Source of the DNA: an uncultured virus (IMG/VR IMGVR_UViG_3300037440_000410)
Taxonomy: Duplodnaviria; Heunggongvirae; Uroviricota; Caudoviricetes
DNA length: 20,000 nt
Direction: 5' to 3' (one strand)
Virus record (IMG/VR): IMGVR_UViG_3300037440_000410
The translations under genes were made by a program, and so were the position numbers. Below, piece after piece: positions 1 through 7,786 of the stretch. The notes beneath the pieces are model-generated. The model was not told where the DNA came from. It did no database searches and saw only the letters and a list, made by a program, of their open reading frames with translations. The number at the start of each line of letters is the position of its first letter. The stretch's first letter is position 1.

Positions 1-207
1 TGAACTCATCCGTAGATCATCCGCCGTACACACCTCCAGCACGTCCGGGCAGCCATCGGCAATCAGTCCGATCACTCGGACCGCGTCTGCCTCGCTGATC
101 TGCGCCGGGTCGTACGACGCGTACAGGCCGCAGTCGCCGGGGTGAAGCGCGACAGCTGTGCCGGGCGTATGTTCGCGCGCCTCAAGGCTGAGTGTCAGCG
201 CGCCCAT
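1..207 (-). CDS. Hypothetical protein, truncated at window edge (MGALTLSLEAREHTPGTAVALHPGDCGLYASYDPAQISEADAVRVIGLIADG...)
   Basis: Translated by hand. ATG at 207 with purine-rich AAGGGGGA just upstream; frame open to position 1; downstream of the repressor on the same strand. Absent from the ORF track. Confidence 0.6.
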   Translation of the reverse strand, partial: MGALTLSLEAREHTPGTAVALHPGDCGLYASYDPAQISEADAVRVIGLIADGCPDVLEVCTADDLRMSS

Positions 208-369
208 TTGTCCCCCTTGTCTCGTGTGTGCTGGCCGCACAACGTCCGAAAGGACCGCACGCACGTCCGTCGTCGAGCCAGAAACTGTACGCCGCACCGT
301 CCGCAACAGAACCCGCAATGCATAAATGCATGCCCTTTCAACACGTATCGGCTGTATGTAAACAAACGG

Positions 370-738
370 TCAGCGCGAGTCGCCCTCCCCATCATCCCGC
401 GCGCGCTCGGCCTGCCGCTGCACCGCATCCTCGTCCGGAGCACTGGTCCCGGGCGCCGTGAGCGCGATCCCTTCGCCGGTCTGGGTGACGACCAGGCCGA
501 GGAACTGGTAAGCCGCCGCGGCCTGTACCGGGGCGACAGGGAGGCGTAGGCCGGCGGCGATGGCCCGGATGAGGGGCGGGTCGATGTGTACGGTCTTGCC
601 GTTGGCGATCTTCCATAGGACTCCTCTGCTGGGCCGGTATCCGGTGCGTTCGTCGATGGCCTGCTCTTCGAACTTGGCGTAGGTGAGTGGCCTGCCTGCG
701 CCGACGCGTTCGGCGACGAGGTCGGTGAGGGTCTGCAT
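370..738 (-). CDS. Phage immunity repressor, XRE/CI-like HTH
   Basis: MQTLTDLVAERV...LTYAKFEEQAIDERTGYRPSRGVLWKIANGKTVHIDPPLIRAIAAGLRLP resembles Streptomyces prophage XRE repressors. GAGGA RBS before ATG 738; divergent from a Cro-like gene. Confidence 0.75.
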   Translation of the reverse strand: MQTLTDLVAERVGAGRPLTYAKFEEQAIDERTGYRPSRGVLWKIANGKTVHIDPPLIRAIAAGLRLPVAPVQAAAAYQFLGLVVTQTGEGIALTAPGTSAPDEDAVQRQAERARDDGEGDSR

Positions 739-789
739 GGTGGTGTCCTCGCTTGTGGGGGGTTGGCGGGTTGATCGGCATAGGGGGCG

Positions 790-819
790 AACCTGCGCCC
801 GAGTCAGCGTCATTGTCCA
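790..819 (-). promoter_or_regulatory. Putative repressor promoter (TGGACA-N18-CAGGTT)
   Basis: Minus-strand -35-like TGGACA (819-814), 18-nt spacer, weak -10 CAGGTT (795-790). Overlaps operator copy 1. Confidence 0.35.
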
Positions 820-832
820 CGTTCAAGAACAC
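815..832. promoter_or_regulatory. Putative operator 1 (GTCCACGTTCAAGAACAC)
   Basis: Dyad GTTC-nn-GAAC core. Near-identical inverted copy at 941-963 and direct copy at 1222-1245. Confidence 0.6.
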
Positions 833-911
833 TCACGCGCCCTGGGCCTCGAATGTTCAAGCCGAACGTTACGGAAAACGGGGACAGCATCGGGTGATTC
901 CCGCACAGCAC

Positions 912-941
912 TGGACAGCAGAGCAACGCCATGCTTAGCTT
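912..941 (+). promoter_or_regulatory. Putative early lytic promoter (TGGACA-N18-TAGCTT)
   Basis: -35 TGGACA 912-917 and -10 TAGCTT 936-941 match a principal-sigma (HrdB-like) consensus, upstream of the Cro-like gene. Confidence 0.55.
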
Positions 942-963
942 GTTCATGTTCACGAACGTGGAC
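941..963. promoter_or_regulatory. Putative operator 2 (reverse complement GTCCACGTTCGTGAACATGAACA)
   Basis: Inverted copy of operator 1, lying over the predicted transcription start of the rightward promoter. Confidence 0.6.
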
Positions 964-979
964 GCCACGGGAGGAACTG

Positions 980-1261
980 GTGCCCGACACCGAACCCATC
1001 TACCGCCTCACAAACGCCCCACTCCTGAAACGGCTCATGCGAGGCCCGACCGAAAACGGCCGCCGCCACACAGCGCGCAGCCTCGCCGACGCCACCGGCA
1101 TCAGCAAAAGCAAAATCTGGCACATGATCCACGGACGACAGCCCAAGCTCCCCCGGAGCAAAATGCACGCCGTCCTCAACGAAGTCGACGCCGAACAGGG
1201 CTGGCTTTTCACACCCATCACATACACGTTCAAGAACGCGAACACGGAGGACGAGAGATGA
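980..1261 (+). CDS. Cro-like HTH transcriptional regulator
   Basis: GGAGG RBS then GTG 980. HTARSLADATGISKSKIWHMIHG is an XRE-type HTH; first gene of the rightward operon. Confidence 0.8.
   Translation: MPDTEPIYRLTNAPLLKRLMRGPTENGRRHTARSLADATGISKSKIWHMIHGRQPKLPRSKMHAVLNEVDAEQGWLFTPITYTFKNANTEDER
1222..1245. promoter_or_regulatory. Putative operator 3 inside the 3' end of cro (ATACACGTTCAAGAACGCGAACAC)
   Basis: Shares CACGTTCAAGAAC with site 1 and the GAAC-nn-GAACA tail with site 2. Confidence 0.5.
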
Positions 1262-1515
1262 ACGCCGAGGAACGCCGGCTCCGCGCCCAGCTCGGCGCGG
1301 AGATGAGCTGGGCGAAAACCCCCGACCGCACCGCCCGCACCGCACCCGGCAGCCGCGCCGCCGAAGCCCGCTTCGAGACGCAGGCCCGCGAGATGCACCC
1401 GGACGCCGGCGACGAGTTCATTGCGAAGGTCGCCGAGAACCTGCGGCGGGCGCACTTCAGGCGCATGGGGCTGGAGTCGGCGCGTAAGCGCCGGGAGCGC
1501 ATGTCGGCCGCCTGA
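1258..1515 (+). CDS. Conserved actinophage hypothetical protein (SWAKTPDRTARTAP motif)
   Basis: GGAGG RBS; ATGA overlap with the cro stop; motif resembles small proteins I recall from actinophage early regions. Confidence 0.75.
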   Translation: MNAEERRLRAQLGAEMSWAKTPDRTARTAPGSRAAEARFETQAREMHPDAGDEFIAKVAENLRRAHFRRMGLESARKRRERMSAA

Positions 1516-1595
1516 CCAAAAGAAGCGGGGCCGCCCCGGACACGACCCGGATGCGACCCCAGACCCACTGAAGCACGAAGCAAGGAGTGGACCTC

Positions 1596-1997
1596 ATGAA
1601 CAAGCCTACCGGCCTTCCCGGCACCAGCGTCCCTGTGATGACGCTGCCGAAGGCCCCCCTCCCGGACGCGGCGATGGCCCGCGCTCTGGCCAAGCAGAAG
1701 AACGCCCGCACAGTCGACTACCTGATCGACGGCGCGAACCTTCCGGCGCCGGTGCGGATTCCGCGGCCGGAGTCGGTGCACGTGATGGTCGCGGACGTCG
1801 ACGACCTCGGCGAGTGGCTGCGGGAGCTGGGCGGCGAAATCCATGTCAGTCCGGAGTTTGAGGGTGTGGAGTTGTGGACGCTGCATGCGTCGACGGAGCC
1901 GCGTGAGGACGGCAGCAGCACCGCGGTGTTGGTGTCGGTGCCGGTCCCGTCGGGCGAGCTGGTCATGGAGTGGATCCGCGCGGCGGTGGCCCGATGA
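1596..1997 (+). CDS. Hypothetical protein
   Basis: AAGGAG RBS before ATG 1596; high GC3; ATGA-coupled to the next gene. Confidence 0.75.
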   Translation: MNKPTGLPGTSVPVMTLPKAPLPDAAMARALAKQKNARTVDYLIDGANLPAPVRIPRPESVHVMVADVDDLGEWLRELGGEIHVSPEFEGVELWTLHASTEPREDGSSTAVLVSVPVPSGELVMEWIRAAVAR

Positions 1998-2806
1998 GCG
2001 CCCCGAAGCTGGTGGAGCCCTACGGCTGCGGTCGCTGCGGGATTCCGCTGCCGCACGGTCAGCAGACTGGTCCGGGTGGCCTGCACGGCTGGGAGCGGCC
2101 GTCGGATGTGCAGATCTTGGCGCGGATGAAGGCGCGTCGTTTGGCGCGGGTGGTAGCCCGGCAGGGTGCGCTGCCGGTGCCGGTGGCGTCCGTGCCTGGG
2201 CTCCTGCCCGAGGACCTGGCCACGATCGCCGCCTTGATCGGCGGCGCGAAGCCGGCTGTTCCGGGGCTGCTGGTTCAGCTCGGCGAGTCGGTGCGCGATG
2301 TCCGGGCGCACGACCATTCCACGCAGTGCGAGGACTGGTACTGCCTGAACTTGACGTCGTTCATGGGTGAGCGGATGGGGCCGGTGCTGCGCCGTCTGGT
2401 GGACGCGGAGGCCCGTGTCGCTGAGTTGGAGGCGCAGCGTGAGCGGCGTCGGGTCCGGCTGGTGGCGCTTCAGAACGACGCGTTGAGCATGCGGGGTTCG
2501 CTGTCACCGATGGGCGAGGACCGTAAGGTGCCGTTCCCTCTCGGGGAGACGCTCACTCCGGCTGTCGACTGGCTGATCGCTCGGGTCGCCGAGTTGGAGG
2601 CCGAGCGGCACGAGACGAACGAGTCGCTGTCGCTGGCGGCGGAGTCGTTGCGGGAGAACCGGGACCGGATCGCCGAGTTGGAGGCGTTGGAGCCTGCCGC
2701 GATCCAGATTTGCCGGAAGTGCGGTGCGGGTTACACGTACAGAGAGCCGTGCTCGGTGTGCACCTTCAAGGCACGGATGGCCGCCGAGTTGGGCGGTCAA
2801 CGGTGA
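1994..2806 (+). CDS. Mosaic coiled-coil/zinc-finger protein, Ead/Ea22-like
   Basis: N-terminal CGRC...H, three R(V/I)AELEA segments, C-terminal CRKC...CSVC. Overlap-coupled at both ends. Confidence 0.7.
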   Translation: MSAPKLVEPYGCGRCGIPLPHGQQTGPGGLHGWERPSDVQILARMKARRLARVVARQGALPVPVASVPGLLPEDLATIAALIGGAKPAVPGLLVQLGESVRDVRAHDHSTQCEDWYCLNLTSFMGERMGPVLRRLVDAEARVAELEAQRERRRVRLVALQNDALSMRGSLSPMGEDRKVPFPLGETLTPAVDWLIARVAELEAERHETNESLSLAAESLRENRDRIAELEALEPAAIQICRKCGAGYTYREPCSVCTFKARMAAELGGQR

Positions 2807-3114
2807 GCGCCGTGTCGCCGTTCGAGTGGGTGGCTGCCGGGTCTGTCGGCCTGTCGGCGATCAGCCTGATCGGTCTGGCGCTCGCGTTCGTTGACGCGGA
2901 TCTCGCGGACTTCGACCTGCGGCCGGCTGTGCGCCGGGCGGTGGAGTCGGGGCGTCTGGACTGGCTGCTGATCGGGATCGCCGCCGCCCGGTTTGACGCC
3001 CGCGAGTTGGCCGCTGACGCCCGCGCCTTCGCCCGCCTGTCCTTGCGTGAGGCCGCCCTGACGGTGGCCGCGCTGTACGCCCTTCTCACGATCACTCCGG
3101 GAGACGCCCGATGA
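2803..3114 (+). CDS. Putative membrane protein
   Basis: GTGA overlap; hydrophobic stretches WVAAGSVGLSAISLIGLALAFV and AALTVAALYALLTI. Confidence 0.65.
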   Translation: MSAVSPFEWVAAGSVGLSAISLIGLALAFVDADLADFDLRPAVRRAVESGRLDWLLIGIAAARFDARELAADARAFARLSLREAALTVAALYALLTITPGDAR

Positions 3115-3374
3115 AGACCGTCTACGTCGCCATGATCGGCGACCGCCCGACCGCCGTCGCGCCGAGCCTCGAACTCGCGCAGGCCCACGCGCTCACCGCC
3201 CAGACCGAGTACCAGACGGCTGGCGAGTGGGAGCACCGCTGGGACGAGCACTCCTACGACGGACTACGGCTGATGCAGCGCCGCCGGGGCCCGGCTGGCT
3301 CGGGGCGCCGGTTCTCGTGGACGCAGCGTTCGGTGCGCCCCGTCGACTACATCACCGAGGAGAACGCCCGATGA
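3111..3374 (+). CDS. Hypothetical protein
   Basis: GGAGA RBS, ATGA coupling at both ends, high GC3. Confidence 0.7.
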   Translation: MKTVYVAMIGDRPTAVAPSLELAQAHALTAQTEYQTAGEWEHRWDEHSYDGLRLMQRRRGPAGSGRRFSWTQRSVRPVDYITEENAR

Positions 3375-3739
3375 CGTACCGCGTTGAGGGCCCGTTCCCT
3401 CTGACTGTCCGCCCGACCGAGTCGGGTGCCGACCTCGACGTGTCCCGCTTCCTGGTCCGTGCCGTGTTGGTGCAGCTGTTCGCGGACGCGGCGGAGGACC
3501 CGGACGGGTTCGGTGAGGAGTTCGCCGACCTGCACTTCCTGTCGCAGTCGGCGCAGATCCAGGGCCGCGACTCGCATGCCCGGCATGAGTTCGACGAGCG
3601 GGTCGACAAGATGCTTGGCGGATTCGGTGACGGCCGTATCGACCTGTACACGACGGGGCTCCGGCAGTTGCGGGATGCGTTGGACGAGGTGCTGAAGCCC
3701 CGCGAGATCCCCGCGCAGCAGGACCGGAGGGCGGCATGA
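3371..3739 (+). CDS. Hypothetical protein (MTYRVEGPFPL...)
   Basis: GAGGAG RBS, ATG 3371, coupled at both ends. Confidence 0.7.
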   Translation: MTYRVEGPFPLTVRPTESGADLDVSRFLVRAVLVQLFADAAEDPDGFGEEFADLHFLSQSAQIQGRDSHARHEFDERVDKMLGGFGDGRIDLYTTGLRQLRDALDEVLKPREIPAQQDRRAA

Positions 3740-4323
3740 GCTTCGCGACCATCACCGCAGTGTCCCTGCCGCCGCAGGTGTACTCCCACACCGCCGAGCA
3801 CGACGTCACGCTCACCGCTGACCCGGCCCGCTTCCGCCCGGTCGTCAGCAACAAGGCTCCCGGCTGGGTCAAGCCCACGCCCGGTACCGGACTGTGGACT
3901 GCTCCGGTCACCGCCCGCACCGACGACGGCCAGCCCACGGACAGTGCGTGGCTGGAGTGGTGCCGAGCCGAGATGGACGCGGACACCAGCGGGCTGTTCC
4001 TCACCGAGATCACCCCGAGCCGGGATGCCCGTCTGCTGCTGATCGACAGTCAGGAGCACCTCGCCGCGATCGTGGACGCCTACCCCGCCGATCTGGGCCC
4101 GTTGGACTACCTGAAGCGCCACTACCCGGATTGGGGTGCGCTCGCTGCCGCCGGGTGGGATGGCGTGTATCTGACGGATCGGGGGCAGTGGGCGACGCGT
4201 CTGCCTCGGTCGGGTCCGGATCTGTACTCGTGGGATCTGGAGTCGATGCTGTGGCTCCGGCACGCGTACACGGTGGGACGGACGGTGCGCTCTGCGGTGC
4301 GCACCGAAGCAGGTGCGACGTGA
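3736..4323 (+). CDS. Conserved phage protein, possible ADP-ribosyltransferase-like fold
   Basis: GGAGG RBS; motifs YSHT, KP..GTGLWTAP, WLEWC, GWDGVYL, YSWDLES. The ORF is well supported; the fold is inferred. Confidence 0.7.
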   Translation: MSFATITAVSLPPQVYSHTAEHDVTLTADPARFRPVVSNKAPGWVKPTPGTGLWTAPVTARTDDGQPTDSAWLEWCRAEMDADTSGLFLTEITPSRDARLLLIDSQEHLAAIVDAYPADLGPLDYLKRHYPDWGALAAAGWDGVYLTDRGQWATRLPRSGPDLYSWDLESMLWLRHAYTVGRTVRSAVRTEAGAT

Positions 4324-4628
4324 ACGCCCGTGCCCGTATCCACGCCATGTTTCCGCTGACGGAGTTGGCTGAGCGCGAGTTGGACGCCCGGCTGGACGAC
4401 CTCGTCCGGCAAGCGTTCGCGGCGGGCCGTGAATCGGCTGGCGCGGACGGGTTCCACCTCGATGACTTCCGGGCGGTGTGGACGCGGAGCGACGGCAGCG
4501 ACACGCCCGTCTCCGAACTCCGCTGTACGTGCGGCGCCCTGCTCCAGTGTGTCGGCCCGACCTCGCTGCTCGACCTCCTGATCGCCGCCACCCTCCACAA
4601 CTGCCCGCCCACCGGTGCCGCCGCATGA
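4320..4628 (+). CDS. Hypothetical protein with C-terminal CxC...HxC motif
   Basis: GTGA overlap; LRCTCG...LHNC. Confidence 0.6.
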   Translation: MNARARIHAMFPLTELAERELDARLDDLVRQAFAAGRESAGADGFHLDDFRAVWTRSDGSDTPVSELRCTCGALLQCVGPTSLLDLLIAATLHNCPPTGAAA

Positions 4629-4972
4629 GCGCCGGTCAGCGGTCCGAGATCGACGTCCTGCGCAGCCTCGTCCACGACATCCGCACCGCCGCCCACCGGG
4701 GCGACGTTACTGAAGTCCGACGCCTCCTCGACGTCCACGCAACGAAGCCCACCGCACGACGTGGCGCCCTGCTGGCTGCAATCCGTCGCAGTCCGGCCGG
4801 GCGGTGGAAGTCGGGGCGCGCAGTGACCGTGCTGCGGCCGCTCGGCTTCCACCCCATCAGCCCCGGCACTGCCGGACACGACCTTGCGGCGCTCGCCATC
4901 CAAGGCCACCTCATCCGCCATGACGAGCCCGGCTGCACCTGGTACGAGCTGCACAGGGAGGCGACCCGATGA
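4625..4972 (+). CDS. Hypothetical protein, possible C-terminal winged helix
   Basis: ATGA overlap; TAGHDLAALAIQGHLIRHDEPGCTWYEL resembles a wHTH recognition helix plus wing. Confidence 0.6.
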   Translation: MSAGQRSEIDVLRSLVHDIRTAAHRGDVTEVRRLLDVHATKPTARRGALLAAIRRSPAGRWKSGRAVTVLRPLGFHPISPGTAGHDLAALAIQGHLIRHDEPGCTWYELHREATR

Positions 4973-5152
4973 CGTACCGCCTACATCACCGCGGTCCTGG
5001 CCATCGCGTGTGCGGCCGTCGCCGCCACCGCAGTCCTCCCGATCGCCAATCCGTACACCGCGCAGGGTCTGCGGATCGTCGCCGGCGTCATCGCCGGATG
5101 GGCCGCAAGCGAACTCCTGCCCTGCCCCTGGCACCGAAAGGAACAACCGTGA
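4969..5152 (+). pseudogene. Small two-TM membrane protein gene frameshifted just after its start
   Basis: Frame 4973-5152 reads RTAYITAVLAIACAAVAATAVLPIANPYTAQGLRIVAGVIAGWAASELLPCPWHRKEQP* with high GC3 and ends in a GTGA overlap with yqaJ. The RBS-supported ATG at 4969 is out of frame with it. Confidence 0.55.
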
Positions 5153-6072
5153 CGACGACCGTGCAGGCCGAGGCTCCGGCCTCGGCCGCCGGCCCGACCG
5201 TCCTCGGCTGGTTCGAGCCTGGCTCTGAGCCGTGGCATGCCGCCCGAGCGAACGGCATCGGCGGCTCAGAGATCGCAGCAGTCCTCGGCCTCTCCCCCTA
5301 CGAGTCCGCGTTCTCCCTCTGGCACCGCAAGAAGGGACTCGTAGCCCCGGTCGAGGAGAACGACGTCATGTACTGGGGCAAGATCCACGAACCCCAGATC
5401 TGTGCCGAGTTCGCCAAGCGACACCCCGACTTCGAACTCCGCCCCTCACCGACGTACGCCTCAGCCGGCCACCCGTCGGAGATCGCCAACCCTGACCGGC
5501 TGGTCCTCGACAGCGAATGGCGGACCGTCGCCATCGTCGAGGCCAAGACGTCCCGTAACGACGAGGGATGGGGCGAAGAAGGCACCGACCAAATCCCTGT
5601 CCACTACCGGGCGCAATGCCTCTGGTACCTGATGGTCCTCGGCGTCACCACCTGCCACGTCGCTGTTCTGATCGCAGGGTCGGAGTACCGCGAGTACGTC
5701 GTCGAGTACGACCCGGCCGACGCCACCCGCATGCGGGACGCCGCCGCCGAGTTCATGCGGACGCTGGCCGCCGACGAGCGCCCGCCGATCGACGGCCACT
5801 CCGCCACCTACCAGGCCATCCGGGAGATTCCCGAGGGCCTCGACGACGTCGACGTCGAAATCGAAACCGTCCTCCGTGACCGCTTCTACACCGCGCAAGA
5901 CGCCTTCTGGCTGGCCGAGGACGAGCTGACCGCCTGCAAGGGCGCACTCCTCGACGCGATCGACACCGGCTGGCGCGCGGTCTGCGAGCAGAAGCGGATC
6001 GCTACCCGCACCGTCCGCGAAGGCCGCACCTACCAACTTCTGCCCGCACGTACACGAAGGAACGCCCGATGA
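5149..6072 (+). CDS. YqaJ-family (lambda-exonuclease-like) recombination exonuclease
   Basis: WHAARANGIGGSEIAAVLGLSPYES, WGKIHEP, ANPDRL, VEAKT, YRAQCLWYL motifs. GAAAGGA RBS before GTG 5149. Confidence 0.92.
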   Translation: MTTTVQAEAPASAAGPTVLGWFEPGSEPWHAARANGIGGSEIAAVLGLSPYESAFSLWHRKKGLVAPVEENDVMYWGKIHEPQICAEFAKRHPDFELRPSPTYASAGHPSEIANPDRLVLDSEWRTVAIVEAKTSRNDEGWGEEGTDQIPVHYRAQCLWYLMVLGVTTCHVAVLIAGSEYREYVVEYDPADATRMRDAAAEFMRTLAADERPPIDGHSATYQAIREIPEGLDDVDVEIETVLRDRFYTAQDAFWLAEDELTACKGALLDAIDTGWRAVCEQKRIATRTVREGRTYQLLPARTRRNAR

Positions 6073-6458
6073 CCGACATGCAGCCGTACGAGCGGCTCGA
6101 CCTCGTCACCCCGGTGTTCGAGAAGAACGACGTCCAGATCGACGCGTACCTCTGGTTCGCCCTGTTCGAGTACTCCGACGGCCCTGCCCCGGACCCGAAC
6201 TCCATCGAGATCGTCACCGACCTGTGGGCCACGTCGCCCGAGGGCTACGGCTCGGTCGACATCGCACTGCTCGCCCGCCTGAACGACGGCCGCTGGGCCT
6301 CCTGCGTCGCTTGGGCAGACACGACCGGCTTCGGCTGCCAGCAGGGCGTCGACTGGCGCATCAACCCCACCCGCGAGGCGGCGATCAGCCAAGGCCTCGA
6401 CAAGGAATCCCGTACGCACCTCGGGCTGTCACTGCCCGGCGAGGAGAACACCCGATGA
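6069..6458 (+). CDS. Hypothetical acidic protein lying between exonuclease and RecT
   Basis: ATGA-coupled at both ends; high GC3; flanked by a 17-bp near-identical repeat. Confidence 0.75.
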   Translation: MTDMQPYERLDLVTPVFEKNDVQIDAYLWFALFEYSDGPAPDPNSIEIVTDLWATSPEGYGSVDIALLARLNDGRWASCVAWADTTGFGCQQGVDWRINPTREAAISQGLDKESRTHLGLSLPGEENTR

Positions 6459-7324
6459 CCGAGAACACCGTCACCAACGCCGTCGCTGTCCGCGACACCG
6501 GACCCGGCGCCATGGTCGAGGCCTACCGCGCCGACCTCGCCATGGTCATGCCGTCCCACGTCAAGCCCGACACATTCGTTCGCCTCGCCGTCGGCGTCCT
6601 GCGCCGCGACCGCAACCTCGCCCAAGCCGCACAGAACAACCCCGCCGCCCTCATGGGCGCCCTCATGGACGCCGCCCAACTCGGCCTCACCCCCGGCACC
6701 GAGCAGTTCTACCTCGTCCCCCGCAAGCAGAAGGGCCGCCTGGAAATCCAGGGCATCCGCGGCTACCAGGGCGAGATCGAACTCATCTACCGGGCGGGCG
6801 CCGTCTCCTCCGTGATCGTCGAGGTCGTCCGGCAGGCCGACACCTTCCGCTACAGCCCCGGCCGCGACGAACGCCCCGCCCACGACATCGACTGGGACGC
6901 CGAAGACCGCGGCGACCTCCGCCTCGTCTACGCCTACGCGGTCATGAAGGACGGCGCCACCAGCAAGGTCGTCGTCCTCAACCGGGCGCAAGTGATGAAG
7001 GCCAAGGCCATGAGCCAGGGATCCGACTCCGCCTACTCCCCGTGGCAGAAGCACGAGGAAGCGATGTGGATGAAGACGGCTGCGCACCGGCTGACGAAGT
7101 GGGTGCCGACGTCCGCCGAGTACATGCGGGAGCAGTTGCGGGCGCAGGCCGAGGTTGCTGCCGAGCAGCCGACGCCCGCTGTCCTGTCCGTGCCTCTGCC
7201 GCAGGCTCCCGCGCCCGGCATGGGCGAGGAGTCCGACGAGGGCCCGATCGAGGCTGAGTTCGTCGACGAGGAGTCCGGTCCGGCGCAGTGGCCGGCTGCG
7301 ACCCGACCCGGTTCCGGCGCGTAG
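6455..7324 (+). CDS. recT: RecT-family ssDNA annealing protein
   Basis: ALMDAAQLGLTPG..FYLVP, GYQGEIELIYRAG, SPWQKHEEAMWMKTAAHRLTKWVPTS; acidic tail; GAGGAG RBS. Confidence 0.92.
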   Translation: MTENTVTNAVAVRDTGPGAMVEAYRADLAMVMPSHVKPDTFVRLAVGVLRRDRNLAQAAQNNPAALMGALMDAAQLGLTPGTEQFYLVPRKQKGRLEIQGIRGYQGEIELIYRAGAVSSVIVEVVRQADTFRYSPGRDERPAHDIDWDAEDRGDLRLVYAYAVMKDGATSKVVVLNRAQVMKAKAMSQGSDSAYSPWQKHEEAMWMKTAAHRLTKWVPTSAEYMREQLRAQAEVAAEQPTPAVLSVPLPQAPAPGMGEESDEGPIEAEFVDEESGPAQWPAATRPGSGA

Positions 7325-7337
7325 CCCGCACGCAGGT

Positions 7338-7366
7338 GGCCGCCCCCGCGGGAATCGGGGGCGGCC
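7338..7366. terminator. GC-rich stem-loop after recT
   Basis: GGCCGCCCCCG / CGGGGGCGGCC, 11-bp perfect stem, 7-nt loop. Confidence 0.6.
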
Positions 7367-7408
7367 GGCACCCAGCACACCACACCACCATCGAACGGAG
7401 AACCCGCC

Positions 7409-7786
7409 ATGAAGCGGTCGTCCCTCTCCCGCCGTCAGCACGACGAGATCCTCGCCGCCCGCCAGCGCCAGCACGACGCCGTAGTCGCCAACCTCAAGGC
7501 CGACATCGTGCGGCTGCGGAACGAGCGGGACCAGTTCGCCAAGGACCGCGCTGCCATCGCCGCGACCGCCCGCCGTGACGCGGCCGACGCAGCGGCCACC
7601 ATCGCCCGCCTGAAGGAGGACCTGGCCGCCGCGTCCTCGGGCGGCGAGAGCACGGCGTCCCTCCGCCGCCGGATCAAAAGCCTGGAGAAGCAGTACGACG
7701 ACGCCGTCGGCATGGGTGCCGGCCGGATTCAGGACAGCAGCCGCTGGCAGCCGGGCTACAAGGCGTCGCAGGGGGTGGCGTCGTGA
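7409..7786 (+). CDS. Coiled-coil hypothetical protein
   Basis: GGAGA RBS; heptad-like helical composition. Confidence 0.75.
   Translation: MKRSSLSRRQHDEILAARQRQHDAVVANLKADIVRLRNERDQFAKDRAAIAATARRDAADAAATIARLKEDLAAASSGGESTASLRRRIKSLEKQYDDAVGMGAGRIQDSSRWQPGYKASQGVAS

Noticed and set aside
4969..5148. 60-aa N-terminal extension of YqaJ in the ORF track
   Set aside because: Arg/His-rich off-frame composition; a better start with RBS lies at GTG 5149, and the coding signal is in the +1 frame.
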